A stretch of 64,000 bases of DNA from an uncultured Gemmatimonadota bacterium (lineage in GTDB: Bacteria; Gemmatimonadota; Gemmatimonadetes; Palauibacterales; Palauibacteraceae): positions 5,773-69,772 of the forward strand of contig CAZSKS010000006.1 of assembly GCA_964607465.1 (NCBI GenBank), in the 5' to 3' direction. Shown here piece by piece: positions 61,670 to 64,000 of the stretch; positions within the stretch are counted from its first letter, which is position 1, and each line of letters starts with the position of its first letter. The translations under genes and the position numbers were made by a program. The notes below the pieces were generated by a model. That model was not told the DNA's origin. It saw only the letters and a list, made by a program, of their open reading frames with translations, and did no database searches.

Positions 61670-62409
61670 GTCGCCTCGCCCGCCAGCAGGAGCCTGGGGG
61701 CCTCCTCCCCGAAGGGCGCCCCCCCGTAATCCCCCCGGCGCTCCCGGACCGTGAGGCCCGTATCCTCCAGCATGGACACCAGCTCGTCCGGCTCGTACAG
61801 CCGGACGCTCTCCCGAAAGGTCTCGGGATCCTCCCGGCCCCGACCGTCGATCTCGATCTCCTTGACCACCCGGTCCCCCTCGATCCTGCGCCTCTGGCGC
61901 ACGGTCCGGCCGTCGATCTCCCGGACGTCCTCGGACACCATCTCCCGCCGCACCCGCCCGGCGTTCAGGAAGTCCAGGAGGAACGACCCGCCCGGCCGGA
62001 GGACGCGTCGCACCTCCTCGAGCACACGGCGGTCCTCCTCCCGGCTGTCGAAGTACCCGAAGGAGGTGAAGAACTGGACCACGCCGCCGAACGACCCGGA
62101 ACGGAACGGGAGCCGCCGCATGTCGCCCCGGACCAGGTGCCGCCCGCCCCCGCCGGCCGCCCTGTCCAGCAGGGGCCGGGAGAGGTCGAGGCCGACCGCC
62201 CGCAGGCCGGCCGCCTCCAGCGGCCCCAGGTGCCGTCCTGCGCCGCACGCCAGGTCCAGGACCCGCGTCCCGGGCTCGGGGCTCGTCAGCTCGAGGAAGA
62301 GGTCCACCCCCCGCCCCGCCTCCTCCGCGTCGCGGTGAGGATAGAGCTCCAGGTAGGCCTCTCCGAACCACTCCCGGTACCAGGGTCCCGTCTCGCCGGT
62401 CGGGGGCAC
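61666..62409 (-). CDS. Class I SAM-dependent methyltransferase (candidate bacillithiol N-methyltransferase)
   Basis: Motif I VLDLACGAGRH, then GDMRRLPF and LRPGGSFLLD. GTG 62409 lies 5 nt after the rlmH stop. The stop overlaps the bshC start (GTGA). Confidence 0.8.
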   Translation of the reverse strand: MPPTGETGPWYREWFGEAYLELYPHRDAEEAGRGVDLFLELTSPEPGTRVLDLACGAGRHLGPLEAAGLRAVGLDLSRPLLDRAAGGGGRHLVRGDMRRLPFRSGSFGGVVQFFTSFGYFDSREEDRRVLEEVRRVLRPGGSFLLDFLNAGRVRREMVSEDVREIDGRTVRQRRRIEGDRVVKEIEIDGRGREDPETFRESVRLYEPDELVSMLEDTGLTVRERRGDYGGAPFGEEAPRLLLAGEAT

Positions 62410-62413
62410 GGCG

Positions 62414-62884
62414 TCACGCTCCCCTGTGGTACGGCTCGTTCCGCAGGATCGTGCCCGCACGGTAGATCTGTTCCATCAGCACGAGCCGTGCGAGCCCGTG
62501 CGGAAGGGTCATCGGCGACAGGGACAGCTTCCGGTCGGCGGCCTGCAGCACCCGGGGATCGAGTCCGTGCGCACCGCCCACGACGAAGGCCGCTCCCGCC
62601 CGTCCGTAGGTGGCCAGCCGGTCCAGGTAGCTCGCCAGCCCCCGGGAGGAGATTCCCTTCCCCTTCCGGCTCAGGGCGAAGATCTCCGCGTCGTCGGGCA
62701 GCCGCTCCAGGAGGGTCTCACCCTCGCGGCGAAGGGCCTGCTCGGCCGGCAACCGACCCGGGGCGGCGGGGAGCTCGGAGACCTCCAGGGCGAAATAGCG
62801 TCCGGCCCGCTCCTCGTAGTCGCGGATCGGCCCGGCGACGCCGGTGCCCTCGGGCGGCCCCACCGCCAGCACCGTCACCTTCAC
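62414..62884 (-). CDS. rlmH: 23S rRNA (pseudouridine1915-N3)-methyltransferase RlmH
   Basis: GTG 62884. 156-aa SPOUT protein. FVVGGAHGL..LSLSPMTLPHGLARLVLMEQIYRA....PYHRG parallels the E. coli RlmH C-terminus. Confidence 0.88.
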   Translation of the reverse strand: MKVTVLAVGPPEGTGVAGPIRDYEERAGRYFALEVSELPAAPGRLPAEQALRREGETLLERLPDDAEIFALSRKGKGISSRGLASYLDRLATYGRAGAAFVVGGAHGLDPRVLQAADRKLSLSPMTLPHGLARLVLMEQIYRAGTILRNEPYHRGA

Positions 62885-62897
62885 GCCCGCACCGCCG

Positions 62898-64000
62898 TCA
62901 TCGGGCCAGGACGGTGTCCTGGAGGTGAGCCTCGTTGTCGCGGTGGGGATGGCTGACGGTGTGATGCAGGCCCCGGCTCTCCCGCCGACGCAGTCCGCAG
63001 CGGACGATGAGCGTCGCCACCTTGCCCAGGAACTCCACCTCCCGGGCCCGGAGCGCCCCCTCGGCGCTCCCGTCCCGGGCCAGGGAGACACCGGTGATCC
63101 GGAGCAGCTCCTCGCGGGCCTCCTCCAGCCGCTCGTCGGAGCGGACGATGCCCACGAGGTCCCACATCAGCTCCCGGATGCGATCCTCCACTCCGCCCGG
63201 GTCCTCCCCGTCGCGTCGGAGGGACGGCGGCGGCGGCGAAGCCCCGTCCACGGGCTCCAGCTCCCGAAGCTCCTCCTCCAGGCGGCGGGCCGCCCGATGG
63301 GCGAAAACCACGGCCTCGAGGAGGGAGTTGGAGGCCAGACGGTTGGCCCCGTGGACCCCGGTGCACGCCACCTCGCCCGCCGCGTACAGGCCGCGCAGCG
63401 CCGCCCGGCCGTCCCAGTCGGTGAGGACCCCGCCGCACTGGTAGTGGGCCGCCGGCACGACGGGGATCGGATCGTCGGGCAGCGAGATGCCGCGGTCACG
63501 GCACGCCTCCAGGATGGTCGGAAAGCGGCGCTCCACGGTCTCCCTCGGGATGACGCTCAGGTCGAGGAGGACGTGGGAATCCCCGGTGCGCTTCATTTCG
63601 GCGTCCGCCGCACGGGCCACCACGTCCCGGGGCGCCAGGGAGCCCGCCGGGTGGTGCTCCTCCATGAACGGACGGCCGTCGTGGCCGCGAAGCACGGCTC
63701 CCTCCCCCCGGACGGCCTCCGAGATCAGGAAGGCGTGGCTCCCGGCGGGATGCAGGGCCGTGGGATGGAACTGGACGAACTCGAGGTTGGCCACGGCGGC
63801 GCCGGCCTCGTAGGCCACCGCCACCCCGTCCCCGGCGGCGATGGCCGGGTTGGTCGTGTGGCGGTACACGCGACCGCACCCGCCGGTGGCCAGCAGGACG
63901 GCCCGGGCGCGGATGTCCATCCACCGCCCCCCGTCGACGTCCAGCACCAGGGCGCCGGAGCAGCGGGCGCGCCGGGTCCCGGGATCGGGATCGGTCCGCA
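62898..64000 (-). CDS. nadB: L-aspartate oxidase, C-terminal ~2/3 (5' end beyond the window)
   Basis: LATGGCGRVY, FVQFHPTAL and SEAVRGEGA motifs. The frame stays open upstream of the listed GTG 63947 to the window edge. Confidence 0.9.
   Translation of the reverse strand, partial: RTDPDPGTRRARCSGALVLDVDGGRWMDIRARAVLLATGGCGRVYRHTTNPAIAAGDGVAVAYEAGAAVANLEFVQFHPTALHPAGSHAFLISEAVRGEGAVLRGHDGRPFMEEHHPAGSLAPRDVVARAADAEMKRTGDSHVLLDLSVIPRETVERRFPTILEACRDRGISLPDDPIPVVPAAHYQCGGVLTDWDGRAALRGLYAAGEVACTGVHGANRLASNSLLEAVVFAHRAARRLEEELRELEPVDGASPPPPSLRRDGEDPGGVEDRIRELMWDLVGIVRSDERLEEAREELLRITGVSLARDGSAEGALRAREVEFLGKVATLIVRCGLRRRESRGLHHTVSHPHRDNEAHLQDTVLAR

Overview
High-GC (roughly 70% by eye) bacterial chromosomal segment, very densely packed: I call 60 CDS and see no rRNA, tRNA, CRISPR array or IS/transposase. 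The gene content (Kdo biosynthesis, Lpt transport, MurJ) indicates a diderm. A Gemmatimonadota-like lineage is only a guess from GC content plus BshC and UPF0182. Nt 1-44969 carry 42 genes, all on the + strand: complex I nuoF(partial)-G-H-I-J-K-L-M-N, phosphomannomutase, a UPF0182 membrane protein, carbamate kinase, sucCD, ndk, yceD-rpmF-fabD-fabG-acpP-fabF, ispF, a DedA protein, a XerD-type recombinase, a nitroreductase, a secreted hypothetical protein, the block kdsB-pyrG-kdsA-kdsC-kdsD-lptC-lptA(like)-lptB, rpoN, and a 7-gene envelope glycosylation cluster. Nt 45271-64000 carry 18 genes, all on the - strand: nadB(partial), rlmH, SAM-methyltransferase, bshC, murJ, uvrC, gltX, thrC, a TPR protein, der, plsY, gpsA, a MerR-family regulator, surE, pcm, a YqaA-like protein, apt and a YfgM-like protein. 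The two blocks converge on a 301-nt non-coding gap that holds a 28-bp AT-rich element. Its 17-nt core is identical to the E. coli dif core, so the window most likely spans the replication terminus. Other points worth a second look are the rpoN-coupled glycosylation cluster with two polyprenyl-phosphate sugar synthases and two GT-C-like membrane proteins, and a methyltransferase translationally coupled to bshC (possible N-methyl-bacillithiol). Also notable are an oversized repeat-tailed LptA-like protein, pervasive 4-nt ATGA/GTGA start-stop overlaps that link unrelated genes, and several sharply AT-rich islands inside coding regions. Many start codons (mostly GTG) are inferred and are less certain than the stops. 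The numerous long alternative-frame ORFs in the supplied track are treated as high-GC artefacts.
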